DNA from: Octopus sinensis | Taxonomy: Eukaryota | Direction: 5' to 3' | Assembly: GCF_006345805.1 (NCBI RefSeq) | Contig: NC_042999.1 | Coordinates: 147,622,001-147,686,000 of the forward strand | Length of the DNA stretch: 64,000 bases | Notes under the pieces: model-generated | Database searches by the model: none | What the model saw: only the letters and a program-made list of their open reading frames with translations | Told to the model about the DNA's origin: nothing | In this document: in pieces, positions 13,966-26,515 of the stretch | Layout of the letters: every line of letters starts with the position of its first letter | Numbering within the stretch: the first letter of the stretch is position 1 | Translations under genes and position numbers: made by a program

Positions 13966-14092
13966 ATTTATTTTATAGAAGGAGCTTCTACAGGACTAGA
14001 GCTGTTTCATCAGGAAGCTCATGATGCTTCCTGATGATTTCATTTGAATGAAACGGTTCTAGTCCTGTAGAAGCTCCTTCTATAAAATAAAT
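13966..14092. repeat. Fold-back inverted repeat enclosing an HHR-like remnant
   Basis: 35-bp perfect arms 13966-14000/14058-14092; inner 12-bp hairpin 14007-14018/14026-14037; CTGATGA..GAAAC at 14031-14054. Confidence 0.8.
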
Positions 14093-14155
14093 TAATTTAC
14101 TCTGCTATGTATTGAATATCTTATTTACTGTGGTTAACCCCGACTCAACCCGGGA

Positions 14156-14202
<47 letters not shown>

Positions 14203-14812
14203 CTTGATCAGTTTCACTTGACCAGTTTCACTTTTTTAGAAAAAGATTGTCAAAAGGTGAATGTAAAGCTTTGTATGAGTTTTATTGTGTTAAGTACTGG
14301 CTATCACAAAAGTATTAAAATACAGATATACATTCTTTGATAATAATAAGAAAATGCTAAAAATAGTTTACAAGAAAGTATTTAAGAAAGTAATCAGAAC
14401 GGGACTCCAAAACGTATTATGATTTCAATAAAAATCATGTTTGTTTGGGAGTATATATATACACAGAAGGAGATATATTTAAGAATTTACCAAAATATAA
14501 ATTGTACAGGAATAACTGACCTGTCTTTCTGACATTTTGTCCTGTGAGTAGCTAAGGAATAGCAAACATTCCTTCAATGAAGAGTTAAATGATTTAACTT
14601 AAAAACTCTCAGAACTTTCCGGACAATCTAATATATATCCGAGTCTGTATGATTGTCTATAGTAGAATATATTAAACAATGAATTTCCAGCCTAGTCTGA
14701 TTTTCACGTTTTCTTATTTACATTGTTTTACAATTTTACAATATTATGATAATAGTATATAATACATTTATTGTGATAAAATAGTATTCTCATTCGTTAC
14801 GAAATCATTATA

Positions 14813-14814
<2 letters not shown>

Positions 14815-14868
<54 letters not shown>

Positions 14869-14899
14869 ATAGTAGTAGTAGTATAGTAGTAGTACCAGC

Positions 14900-14970
<71 letters not shown>

Positions 14971-14975
14971 TAGTG
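14815..14975. repeat. (TAG)n microsatellite
   Basis: Direct reading. Confidence 0.95.
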
Positions 14976-15079
14976 ACAGTTGTGTACCACAACTGAAAAC
15001 TGTAGTGAAATAATTAAAGTTGTCCTGTAAATACCTCCCAATTAGCTACAGCAGGCTGAATCTTACAAATTGTTTTTTT

Positions 15080-15325
15080 GACCAATCAGTACGTGACTTA
15101 GATGTCACAGTTTGGTGAGCGCACTAAGTTCTAACTGTATTTCGACCAATCAGTATGTCGCTTAGATGTCAGGGTTTGGTGAATACCCTAGCTTCGTTAG
15201 TATTTATCCCGTTTTTTTTCAACGAAATATTCAAGCCAATTGGTGTGCGGCTTAGAGGTCACAGTTCGGTGGGCGCATCAATGATTCTTTAACTTGACCG
15301 CGTCTAACGAAATAATTGATTGGCT
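15080..15325 (+). promoter_or_regulatory. Three diverged ~45-bp modules, each starting with a CCAAT box, plus a reverse ATTGG
   Basis: CCAAT at 15082, 15146 and 15236, each followed by CTTAGA(T/G)GTCA..GTT(T/C)GGTG; ATTGG at 15319. The repeat is certain; a regulatory role is inferred. Confidence 0.35.
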
Positions 15326-15341
15326 ATCACAACAGGCTGTC

Positions 15342-15343
15342 AG

Positions 15344-15410
<67 letters not shown>

Positions 15411-15423
15411 ACTACTGCTACTA
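15342..15423. repeat. (CTA)n/(CTG)n microsatellite
   Basis: Direct reading; the CTA run is the reverse complement of the upstream (TAG)n. Confidence 0.95.
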
Positions 15424-15748
15424 CATAAAACTGATCATTGCTTAACGCATGAATGTACTAGCTTCATCACAATAAATATATGTAATATTCTATTATTATG
15501 ATATTGTAAAATTATAAAGTTGTAAATAATAAAACATGACAACCAGACAAGGTTGGAATTTCATTAGTTAATACATAATATATATATATATATATATATA
15601 TTGTCATCAAAAAAAAAAAATTTTTGGCTGCTATTTCTGAAAAGTTCGGTGTGTGGTAAAGTGAATTTTTACTTTACCATATTTTTATAAATATATATAT
15701 ATATATATAGATAGATAGATAGAGAGATATAGATATATATAGATATTT

Positions 15749-15813
<65 letters not shown>

Positions 15814-16606
15814 TTCTTTACAGTATGGTTTATGAAATAAATCTTATGTATTAACTTGAATTAGTAGGATGTGTTAATGTTGAAGATGACGCCGGTTACC
15901 ATTCATTATCACATCATTGCACTTACAAATTCCCAGCAAAACATTCGCTTTCAAATATTATATATTTGTGAAGTCAACTGTAAAGAAATATTTGCATATT
16001 TCAATTACTTCACTGTGCCATATAAACACATAGCTTAGCTACAAAATTAATTTAATACCGCTAACATTTTCATTCTAACATTCGGAAATTCAAGTTTTTA
16101 TTTCTTGAGATATTTTGTTCACAAAACCTATTTATCCTCTTTCCATACATATAATTAATAGATGTGCATGCAAACTCTAATTTCATTTTTGAAAACTTAC
16201 GCTATATTTATTTATAGAAAATATCACTTCATTTGAACAATATTAATTTCAGAAACGTTGACGGTTTCTTTTTCTTCAATCCAAGTTCGTGCTTTAATGC
16301 TTAAACGAGATCATGCAATGATCCGATGACATCACATGTGATAGTTAAGAAAAAGAACGACACAATAGTTTAGATATTAAAATATGTCTAAATCTGTGAT
16401 AAATTTTCTTATAATGTTTTAATTAAAAATCGAATTAAGGATTTAACATCAAACACGTTTACATATTCAACAACTTTTACACGTATTAAAGAAATTCTTT
16501 GTTACAGATGACTTATTTGATATATTCTACGAGTTCAAGAGCTCACAGAACATTACAGTAAACGATTTTGAAAAAAGACTTCACTGTCAATATATTTCTC
16601 ACATTT

Positions 16607-16665
<59 letters not shown>

Positions 16666-16668
<3 letters not shown>

Positions 16669-16851
16669 GCGCAGGTGTTGCTGTGTGATAGGAAGCTTGC
16701 TTCCCAACCACATGGTTCCGGTTTCAGTTTCACTGCGTAGCACCTTAGGCAAGTATCTTCTACTATAGCTTCGGGTGACCAAAACGTTGTGAGTCAATAT
16801 GGTAGACGGAAATTGCAAGAAGTCTGTTGTATATGTGTGTATAAATATACA

Positions 16852-16926
<75 letters not shown>

Positions 16927-17113
16927 GCGCAGGTGTTGCTGTGTGATAGGAAGCTTGCTTCCCAACCACATGGTTCCGGTTTCAGTTTCACTGCGTAGCA
17001 CCTTAGGCAAGTATCTTCTACTATAGCTTCGGGTGACCAAAACGTTGTGAGTCAATATGGTAGACGGAAATTGCAAGAAGTCTGTTGTATATGTGTGTAT
17101 AAATATACATATA

Positions 17114-17115
<2 letters not shown>
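16666..17115 (+). mobile_element. Two tandem identical 5' halves of SINE family 1 (period 258)
   Basis: CAGGCGCAGGTGTTGCTG at 16666 and 16924; identical through to the TA tract. Confidence 0.9.
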
Positions 17116-17145
<30 letters not shown>

Positions 17146-18992
17146 GGGGAGAATGCACAAAAAAAAGACGAAGGCAGGTGGTGTAGACAACAAACAGATG
17201 TATTAGTTTAACGCTCGGGAAGTGAAAATGTCTTTAGCGTTTCGAGCCTTCGCTCTTCAACAGAATGGAACACAGAAAGAAACAGGGCGAGAAAATAAAG
17301 AATGTGTAGTGGCTAGCGATCTATCCTGCCGAATGCCTGACAGAGGGGTCACACAGGAGAGAAGGGGTTATGATAAAGTAGTGGTGATCCCAAACGTAGG
17401 TGCGCGTGGGTGTGTATAAGAGAACATGTATGTGCTGATGACCTTGATGTGTGCGTGTGTGCGCGTGTGCATGTGTATGATTCTGGATGATGGTGTGGGT
17501 GTTGGAAAATGGTCAGTGCTAGTGTGTGCCTTGTGGTAGTTTGAAATAGTGTTGTGTGGTATGGTGGTGTGTGGTGTGGTGGTGTGTGGGTGTGGTAAGA
17601 TGGTATTTGGATGTAGGGTAGGCGAGAGTGGGGAAGGCAAGGGTGGGGTGAGGGCTAGGCTGAGGGTGGGGCTAGAGGTGGGGAATGTGGGAGTGGGTGT
17701 CAGGGATGCGGAGGGGGTGGGATGGGATGGATAGAGAAAGTGGATAGGATGAAGAGAAGAGAGAAGGAAGGTAGGATTGAAGAGAAGAGTCGGAGCAAGA
17801 GAGGAGAGGTGGGTGAGAGGATGTAGGTGCGATAGGAAGAGTGGAGAGAGGAGGAGGGTTAGATGAAGAGGGAGAGAGTTGAGCCCATATGGCGTGAAGG
17901 AGCGAAGAGAGAAGATAAATCATTGTTCACGGCGGAAACGGGAGTCCGGATGGCCCCTGTGCAAGGACAATTCGAACACAGACAGGTGTTGCAAAGAATG
18001 ACAGGTAGAGCGGAAATAGCGTGAGATCGGGGTGTCAGTTACGGGTCGAATGTCTCGAAGGTGTCCCGCGAACCGGTCAGCCAAGTGGCGTCCAGTTTGC
18101 CCGATGTATAGCGAAGGGTAGAGAGAGAGAGAGAGAGAGAGAGAGAGCAGGAGATGCAGTAGATGACATTGCTAAAAGTGCAGGTGAAGGAGCCGGTGAT
18201 ATTATTGGGTCGATGATGGGTACCGGTGAGGAGGGTGGTGTTGGACAGGTATGGGCAAGTACGACAGCGTGGGGGGAAAACGACCCGGGTTGGGAGGTTG
18301 AGTTAGGGAATAAACTGTGGACCAAGAGGTCTCGTAGGTTGCCGGCTAGTTTGAAGGAGGGAAACGTTGGTTATGGAAGATGTGCGTAGTGGAAGGGTCG
18401 GACTGGAGACGCCGGAAGTCTCGGAGAATTGTGCATTGGAGAGGTAAGGTAGTGGAGTGATAGGTGAGGGGAAACGGGAGACAGGAGACAGCGGGGTGAG
18501 TGCGGAGGGACAGAGCAGATGCACGGTCCAGTGAACATGTTCTGGCAAGAGCGATGTGGATAGTAGTGATGGGTTATCCACAAAGGATGAAGTGGTGAGC
18601 CATGAGTTGAGCCTGCGTAAACGGAGGTATTAGAAATAGGGGATGGAAAGCATGGTGTGTTTAGGGTAAGAGGAGAAGTTGAGGTAAGAGTTTGAGCATG
18701 TGTGTTTGTAGTTGATGGAGGTGGTGAGAGTGGAGTGATGAATGATGACTGAAATGTCAAGAAAGGAGACAGTAGTGTCAGGGATAGTGCAGAAGTGGAG
18801 GGCAAGATAGAAAGATTTGACAAAAGAGAGGAAGGAGTCTAGATGTTCGCGGGAGAGTGAGGTCCCACCGATACAGTCGGCAATATAACGGCCGTATAGT
18901 TCGGGAGTGGGACCAGTGAAACTTGAGAATATTTGGGTCTCAACGTAGCCAACGAACAGGTTCGCATTGTTGAGGTTCATTCCCGTTCCCAT
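17146..18992 (-). mobile_element. 5'-truncated, decayed Penelope-like element: RT (~18630-18992), GIY-YIG (~17875-18190), low-complexity tail, family P pseudo-LTR (17146-17325)
   Basis: MGT.MNLNNANLFVG..E..PELYGRYIAD(YIDD)..SFLD..NYKHT..YLNFSSYP..IPY; downstream GSFTCTFSNVIYCISC and a decayed GIY-YIG end; HHR-like motif at 17232-17267. Confidence 0.85.
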
Positions 18993-19069
18993 GGCCGCTT
19001 CCGAGACTTGCTAGTAAACATCACCAGCGAACGAGAAGCAGTTGAGTGAGAGGACAAGTTATAATTTGT

Positions 19070-19277
19070 ATTTTTGTGTCTGTGTTTGTCTCTACATCGT
19101 CGCTTGACAACCGAGCTTAGTGTGTCTACGTCCCCATAACTTAGCAGCTGGGCCTTTAGGTAGCGATAGAATAAGCACCAAACATACAAAGAATAAGACC
19201 AAGATTCGATCTCTTCGACTAAAAAGAAGTGCTCCAGCATGGCCACTATCAAAATGAACGAAGCAAGTAAAAGAATA
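19070..19277 (+). mobile_element. SINE family 1, diverged 3' half
   Basis: TGTGTTTGTC..CGCTTGACAACCGA..GCTCCAGCATGGCC..AAGTAAAAGAATA. Confidence 0.8.
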
Positions 19278-21335
19278 TTGTTGAATTCAAAGGTGTTATC
19301 GTATGATATTTCTGAGATTTGGTAACATAAATACTTCAAGAAATATATCAAATATTGAAATAATTACTTTACTACTATCGTTAATCTTAGTTTCGATACG
19401 TCTAAGAAACTTTTCGAAAGAATAATATCAAACTTTTAGTGGAGATTCTAATCATCTTTCAGTTACTCATAATCTATATTTGGGTTGATAAAAATTTTCA
19501 TCTGTGTATGTGAGGGTGTGCGTGTGTGTGCATGTTTTTTTCTGGTAGATCTTTGTAACAATATAAAAAGCTCAGTTTCTGAGTACAAATTTTTAATTTG
19601 AAATGAAAAGATTGGGAAGAAATGCTAAGAAATATTATTTCTGTTGTTTTTGTTATTCTGGCTGGTCATCTCATTACTTCTTGACAAAAAAGAGCTTTAT
19701 ACAGGAGTTATGTATACGTGTAAATGTGGGTATATATATATATATATATAAGTTATGTATATGTGTAAGTGTCTCTACCTTTGTGTGTGTGAGGTGCGTG
19801 AGTGTATGGGTCTGTGTACGTGTGTGTGTGCGTCTGTGTGTGTATGCATGTAGATATTGTCTACAATAAAAATGAATCACTTGTTCACTGGTATAAAGTA
19901 AAACACTACAACACCCATTTTCACTCTCGGTTAAAATATAGCAACGTTATGCTAAGCCGAAAATAAAACAGTATAAAGTACAGAATAACTCAGAAATTAA
20001 GGAGACAAACTATAATAGTTGAAACAGACATATAGTAGATTCCGTTAAGCAAATCGATGCGAGAGTAGCATTTAAAAAGTGGACTGCAGTTATGTGTTGT
20101 TTAGTTAAAGTTTTGCTCTGAATTTGAATCACACACGATTGGTTTTAAGGCCGATTGGTTTAAGCACAACCACATATCTAGTAATTTAGTAGAAAATAAA
20201 TCGTATTTTGTGGACTCCTCGATGACACTGGCAGATATTTTGTCTACCCAAGAAGAATGAAAGCAGACACTATAAATGCAGAATCTGAATGCATAATGTT
20301 AGTTGATAAAATAGAAACACAAAATAATTTTTCTGCGCCCTATTCGTCTGTAACACATGACGTTCGCGCGTCTATAGAATTAAAGCAGTTGACTAGATTC
20401 GTTCAAATATGAAATTAAAACGTTATGTCACGTTTGTATTAAATTTAGATTAGAAGCAGACAGGCCGACTGGACAAGCTCTTGCAAATATCTTTATAAGC
20501 TGTGAATAATAGATTATGCAAGTTGCTTCGTAATATCACTGGATTAGATGCATTAAACGCTACTCCGATAATTTACTCAAATACCAGATTTAAGGAAAAA
20601 TAATTATGAGAATTTTTGTCTGCAGTTGAACAGCGTCATCAAAGATCTTAACTTCCATAGAGCTGGAGATAAGAACTGGCCCTTAAGTACTGTTTACATC
20701 TTATAAAACATACTTTCTCCTCAGTTTCTCCCTCTCTCATTCTCTCTCTTTCTCTCTCTCTTTCTTTCTCTCTCTCTCTCTATTAAATTAATTTAAACAT
20801 TTTCAGACATTATGTGCTCTTCAAATTGTATTAATGTCGGTTAATAAATGAGCGTATTAACGGTATATATTATACATTGAATAAAGCACGAGCGAATTCA
20901 TTACCAAAAAAATGGCTGCAAGCACTTACGATAACATGCCATCTAAAGATACTCTAAAGTATACAATTTCTGAGTTTCAAGAAATGTGACTACTTATATT
21001 TATGATTTATCATTTTCTGTATTAGTTTTTGGATTTAGGGCCTGCGGTATAGGACGTCATTTAATATTATTCCAAAGCTTATCTTTAAATTCGTTTACGT
21101 TGTAAAAATAATTATGATGGCATTTTCATACAGCAGTATCTGAACAAATCCAAGTAGTTATTATCGAGACATTTGGCACCAGTTCCTGCAATTATTGGAG
21201 GTGAAATCATCGGTTGCATTTGTACCTTTTACAGATATAGAAGTAAATAAACGCTCACACACACATACGTGCAGGCGATAACACATTCCAATACACATGT
21301 ATACGCAAGTATCGAATGTATGTATAACTGTGTGT

Positions 21336-21339
<4 letters not shown>

Positions 21340-21373
<34 letters not shown>

Positions 21374-21397
21374 AGATATATATATATATACATACGA

Positions 21398-21438
<41 letters not shown>

Positions 21439-22151
21439 AATACATATATATATGTATATTTATATATATATACATACACACACTCACAATACATATACAC
21501 ACATACATACATAAATACATACATACAAATATATATATATATGTGTGAGTGTGTGTGTGGACATATGTATATATTTGTATATATATACACATATGTGTGT
21601 GTGTGGACATATATATATCTGTATACATTTGTATATATACACATATGTGTGTGAGTGTGTTTGTGTCTGTGTGCATGTGTGTGTGTGTGTGTGTCTATGT
21701 GTGTGTGTGTGTCTGTGTGTATACGTGCTATTTGTTAGTGCGGATCTATATGTAACAGGTTTCGAAGGACTTAGGCAGGCTCACGTCTAAGTCGTAATGT
21801 ATATAATTATAAGTAGGAATCGAATATCGCGTTATGCAGACGAGGTAAGCGTAAAGGAAAGATGAATATAGAGAGGCAGAAGTAGTTAGCTGGGGTAAAT
21901 GGAAAACGGCTTACTGTTGCTTTCAAAGTTATTGATGGATTAAGAGAGATACAACAAAATGCCAATTATATTTGCAATTCAGGTATATACATATATAGGA
22001 TACAAATTCTCTCCTCCTCCTTCTCTCTCCATCTTTCTCCTCTTTCTACCAATATCTGTACTTATATATTCATATATATATATATATATATGCGTATGTG
22101 TATGTATATATTTATATATATGTATGTATGTATATGTATATATATAGAGAG

Positions 22152-22184
<33 letters not shown>

Positions 22185-22185
22185 T

Positions 22186-22240
<55 letters not shown>

Positions 22241-22259
22241 TAGATAGAGAGATATAGAT

Positions 22260-22316
<57 letters not shown>

Positions 22317-22331
22317 CAGATATATATATAT

Positions 22332-22373
<42 letters not shown>

Positions 22374-22374
22374 T

Positions 22375-22443
<69 letters not shown>

Positions 22444-22455
22444 GATAGATAGATA
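21340..22455. repeat. (TA)n/(TG)n and long (GATA)n microsatellite arrays
   Basis: Direct reading; (GATA)n spans about 22145-22455. Confidence 0.95.
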
Positions 22456-22530
22456 GATAAAATGGTAAGACAACAAAAGAATGAAAGAAACCTCGATATT
22501 ATATAAATAGAGGAATTTATCTATATATAC

Positions 22531-22580
<50 letters not shown>

Positions 22581-22585
<5 letters not shown>

Positions 22586-23070
22586 TAAGGTATGTAGAAA
22601 AATACAACATGGACAAGAACGTATAACTCTTAGAAGACGATACAATAAACATGGACAGGACATTCGAACCCCTCAGTCTTCAGTCAAGAACCGGATCATC
22701 GTAGTAATTTCGGCTGATTAATCTTGAGATTACTAGATCACGGCCAGCCCTCCAAGAAAAACTAAGCAACGAGCATTAGAAAAACTAAGCTGGAAGCGTA
22801 GATTTCCTGGAAGAAGGATCGAATGCATACGAACACCAGGACAGCAAAATGGACAGATATAAAAAACAAAAACAATAATGGAATACAGAAACATGAAATA
22901 CAGAAGCATTAACGGTGAAAACAACAAGTGTCTTACGACTGATAACAAGCAAACAGATTTTTTCTCTGGCGCATTGGAAACAGCCTTTATAGCGGCGGAC
23001 GAAAAACAACGATGTTAACACGACGAGGGTCAGGAGCTGAAAGGCAGATTTCGGCCAACAGTCACGTGAC
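22581..23070 (-). mobile_element. Possible PLE 3' end / pseudo-LTR; ~92 bp of it is repeated directly at 23417-23507
   Basis: Near-exact direct repeat TTAAGGTATGTAGAAAAATAC..CATTCGAACCCC. The minus strand has CTGAAGA..CGAATGTC (decayed HHR-like) and FQLLTL.. at a GIY-YIG-end-like position. Confidence 0.4.
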
Positions 23071-24270
23071 AGAGAAGAGGGAAAAGAAAAGAAAGAGAAG
23101 CAAAGGAAGAGAGAGAGAGAAGGGGGACAAAACGCAACAAAGAGAGAGAAGAGAGAGAAAGAAGGAATCAGAGAGGAGAAGGGATGGGTGTCGAAGAATG
23201 ACCTGTGAGTGCAGAGCGAGACAAAGAAATAGGAGGGTAGTGGAAGACTAGACCAAAGGATCAGAGGAAAGAGAAGATGAATAGAGAGAAAAGAGAGAGA
23301 GAGGGGGACAGATCAAGTAAAAATGAGAGAGAGAGAGAGACAAACAGAGAGTCGTACCAATTATTAAGAATATGTGTTCACATTAATGATAAGGGGGGTA
23401 CGGGGCGCCTGGAATATATGTTAAGGTATGTAGAAAAATACAACATGGACAAGAACGTATAACTCTTAGAAGACGATACAATAAACATGGACAGGACATT
23501 CGAACCCCGTATGTATGTATGTATGTATGTATGTATGTATGTATGTATGTATGTATGTATGCCTATGAAAAAAATTTACTTAAGCGAATTCATTACGGAA
23601 CCACATTCCTTACACTATCGTTTTTTTTCACTTTATCTTTCTTTTTACGACAGCCCTCTCGAGCTATGCCTTTTGTTTTTCTCTTCCCTTCATATCTTCG
23701 TTACCTGCTCCTCCCCTCTCTCTCTTTCATACCTTCCTCATTCTCTCTTCCCTCTCCTTCCCTTTCATATCTTCCTCTTTTTCTTATCTCTCTCCCTCAT
23801 TCGGTTTCTCCCTCCCTTTCATATCTTCTCCTTTTCCCACTTCCCTCTCTCTCCCTTTATTTCTCTCTACATCTACCCCACTCCCTCTCTGTTTAATACC
23901 TCCCACCTTTTCTCTCCTCTCCCTCTGTCTCTCCTTCCTTTTCATATCCTCTTCCTTTTCTCACTTCTCTCTCCCTTCCTTTGTCGCTCTCTAAATCTAC
24001 CTCTCCCTCTCTTATCTCCCCTCTCCCTCATATACTTCTCATCTTCTCTCCTCTTCTCACTCTGTCTCTCCCTTTCCCACACATTCTTTATTCTCTCCCC
24101 TCGCTCCCTTACTCTGTCTCTCTTTCTCTTCTCCTCTTCCCCCCTCCCTCTGTCTCGCTATCGCCCCATACCCCTTTTCTGCTTCTTTATATCACCCTTA
24201 CTCTTTACTTCATATCTCCCTTTGTCTTTCTTACTCCCTAACTCCCTCTGTCTCTCTCCCTTCCCCTCTA
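23060..24270. repeat. GA-rich (23060-23350) and CT-rich (23690-24270) low-complexity tracts
   Basis: Composition; explains the 286-aa L/S/P/F-rich ORF. Confidence 0.85.
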
Positions 24271-24279
24271 TCAATGTTT

Positions 24280-24662
24280 CGCAGAACATATTGGACCCCA
24301 GCAATGTTGCACACCTGCAGCAGGATTTGAACTCAATTCACAGATGAGTAGTTTAATGCTGAAAAATTCCAAGCCCTGCCTTACGACGGTCTAAAACTGA
24401 ATATAAAATTTACGGAGTACACTGGTCCACAGGGTATTACAATCCCAGAGCCTAAATCAGTGAGTGACCTGGGTATCGACATGATTGATGATGCCTTTTT
24501 CGAAGTGCACATTACCAGGATGGCCACAAAGTGCAGACAACTCCGTGGATGGAACCTGAGAACGTTCAGAACCAGGGAGAAGGAAACCATGATAAACCTC
24601 TGGGAGACATCCGTTCCCAGCCACCTGGACTACTGCTCCCAGCTATGGTCACCCAACAGTGT
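24280..24662 (+). mobile_element. CR1/L2-clade LINE RT C-terminal fragment
   Basis: LQQDLNSIHR*..FNAEKFQ..VSDLGIDM..FEVHI..RTFRTRE..HLDYCSQLWSP. Confidence 0.85.
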
Positions 24663-24664
24663 AA

Positions 24665-24920
24665 CATTTGCATGCTGGAGCACCGCCTTTAGTGGAACAA
24701 ATTGACCAAAGAACTTATTCTTTGTAAGCTTAGTACTTATTCTACCGGATTCTTTGGCCGAACTGCTAGATTACGAGACGAAAACACACAAACATCGGTT
24801 GTCAAGCGATGGAGGGGGAGAAGAAACACAGACACGCACATACACACATACATACGGACATGCATACATATATACATACATACATGCATGCACACACACA
24901 CACACATACACACACACACA

Positions 24921-24959
<39 letters not shown>

Positions 24960-25165
24960 ATATAGTGAGAATTTGCAAAAAACAACAAAAAACAACAAAA
25001 AACGACACGGTTGTGTAAACAACAAACAGATGTATTAGTTTAACGCTCGGGAAGTGACAAAGTCTTTTACGTTTCGATTCTACGCTTTTCGACAGAAAGG
25101 AACAGTGAAATAAACAGGGAGAGAAAATAGAAAAAGGTATAGTGGCTACCGATCTATCATGGTGA

Positions 25166-25214
<49 letters not shown>

Positions 25215-25385
25215 ATATATATAAGACGGGCTTCTTTCAGTTTCCGTCTACCAATCCACTCATAAGGCTTTGGTCGGCCCATTGCTATACTAGAAGATAT
25301 TTACCCTTACTGTCACGCAGTGAGATTAAACCCCGAACAATGTGGTTGGCAAGCAAGCTTCTTACTACACAGTCATACTTGCACT
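24665..25385 (-). mobile_element. SINE family 1 copy split by a family P pseudo-LTR insertion
   Basis: SINE 3' half at 24665-24840 and 5' half at 25223-25385, both on the minus strand; the insert lies in the central microsatellite. Confidence 0.8.
24961..25168 (-). mobile_element. PLE pseudo-LTR family P, copy 3 (HHR-like motif 25064-25099, stem II mutated)
   Basis: Minus strand CTTT-CTGTCGAA-AAGC-GTAG-AATC-GAAA-CG-TA-AAAG. Confidence 0.75.
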
Positions 25386-26225
25386 ATTGTGTAAAATATG
25401 TAAGAAAAGGAGAGATTGAGTCGGATGATAGGGCAGATCTTTCAAACTATGACAAAAAAATCCTATACATGTCTTGCATCTAGTAGTTATCTAGTCTTTC
25501 TTTTCATCTCTATTGGTACATGCTACCTCGTCGTCAAATTTGACAGTCGTATGTAGGAGTCGAAGTATGTGTGTCGTTGGAAGTGTGAATCCATATGTAG
25601 AAACGCATGTGTTGGTATGTCTACGTGTTAAAAGATTTCTTTACATATCTTTACATGCTAAAACAATGCTTTGCATGTTTTCAGTTTCTTTAATTGCTTT
25701 GGAATTAAAATACTTTAAATAACTTTGATTGAATCCCAGTTTCTCAAGATTACTATTGAGACAAGTAGTAATATAATATTTACACATGTTTATCTAAATC
25801 TATTTTTCGGTCAACGTATCTGCATATTTCTCATGAGTTCGACATAGTGTCTCCTCTTCTGAAATGTTAATGCTTGTGTAAAGGACTACTGGACGAGCGA
25901 TTGCTATGTACGAGTGCATAAATATATACGTGTATGTGAGTGTGTGTACATGTCTTTATATGAAGCAATTATGAGTTGTATAGTTATTATAAACACACAC
26001 ACTTACGAGTAAGTACCATTCTATATATGATAACTTTGTATAGGTATCCAATTATTAGATGTCTCTGTGATGGCTTAGGGTTTTGCAATATTATCGTGTT
26101 GGTGTCATTGGTAGCGTACACTACTTGCTTCTGATTATATTCAGTCATTTGCATTCATTGTGGTTGAGAGTTATGCTTTCATACTAGTTTGACATAATCA
26201 ATTTAAGCCATTCCTGAGAGAGGAA

Positions 26226-26239
<14 letters not shown>

Positions 26240-26324
<85 letters not shown>

Positions 26325-26515
26325 CGTGTGTGTGTGTGTGCGTGTGTGCGTGTGTGCGTGTATGCGTGTATGTGTGTGTGTGTATGTATGTATGTATGTA
26401 TGTATGTATGTATGTATGTATGTATGTATGTATGTATGTATGTATGTATGTGTGTATGTATGTATGTATGCTTGTATGTATGTATGCATGCATGTATGTA
26501 TGTATGTATGTATAT
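26240..26515. repeat. (TG)n-(TATG)n microsatellite
   Basis: Direct reading. Confidence 0.95.

Noticed and set aside
23487-24347. Longest ORF in the window (286 aa)
   Set aside because: It spans (TATG)n and a CT-rich tract; only the last ~20 codons are CR1-like RT.
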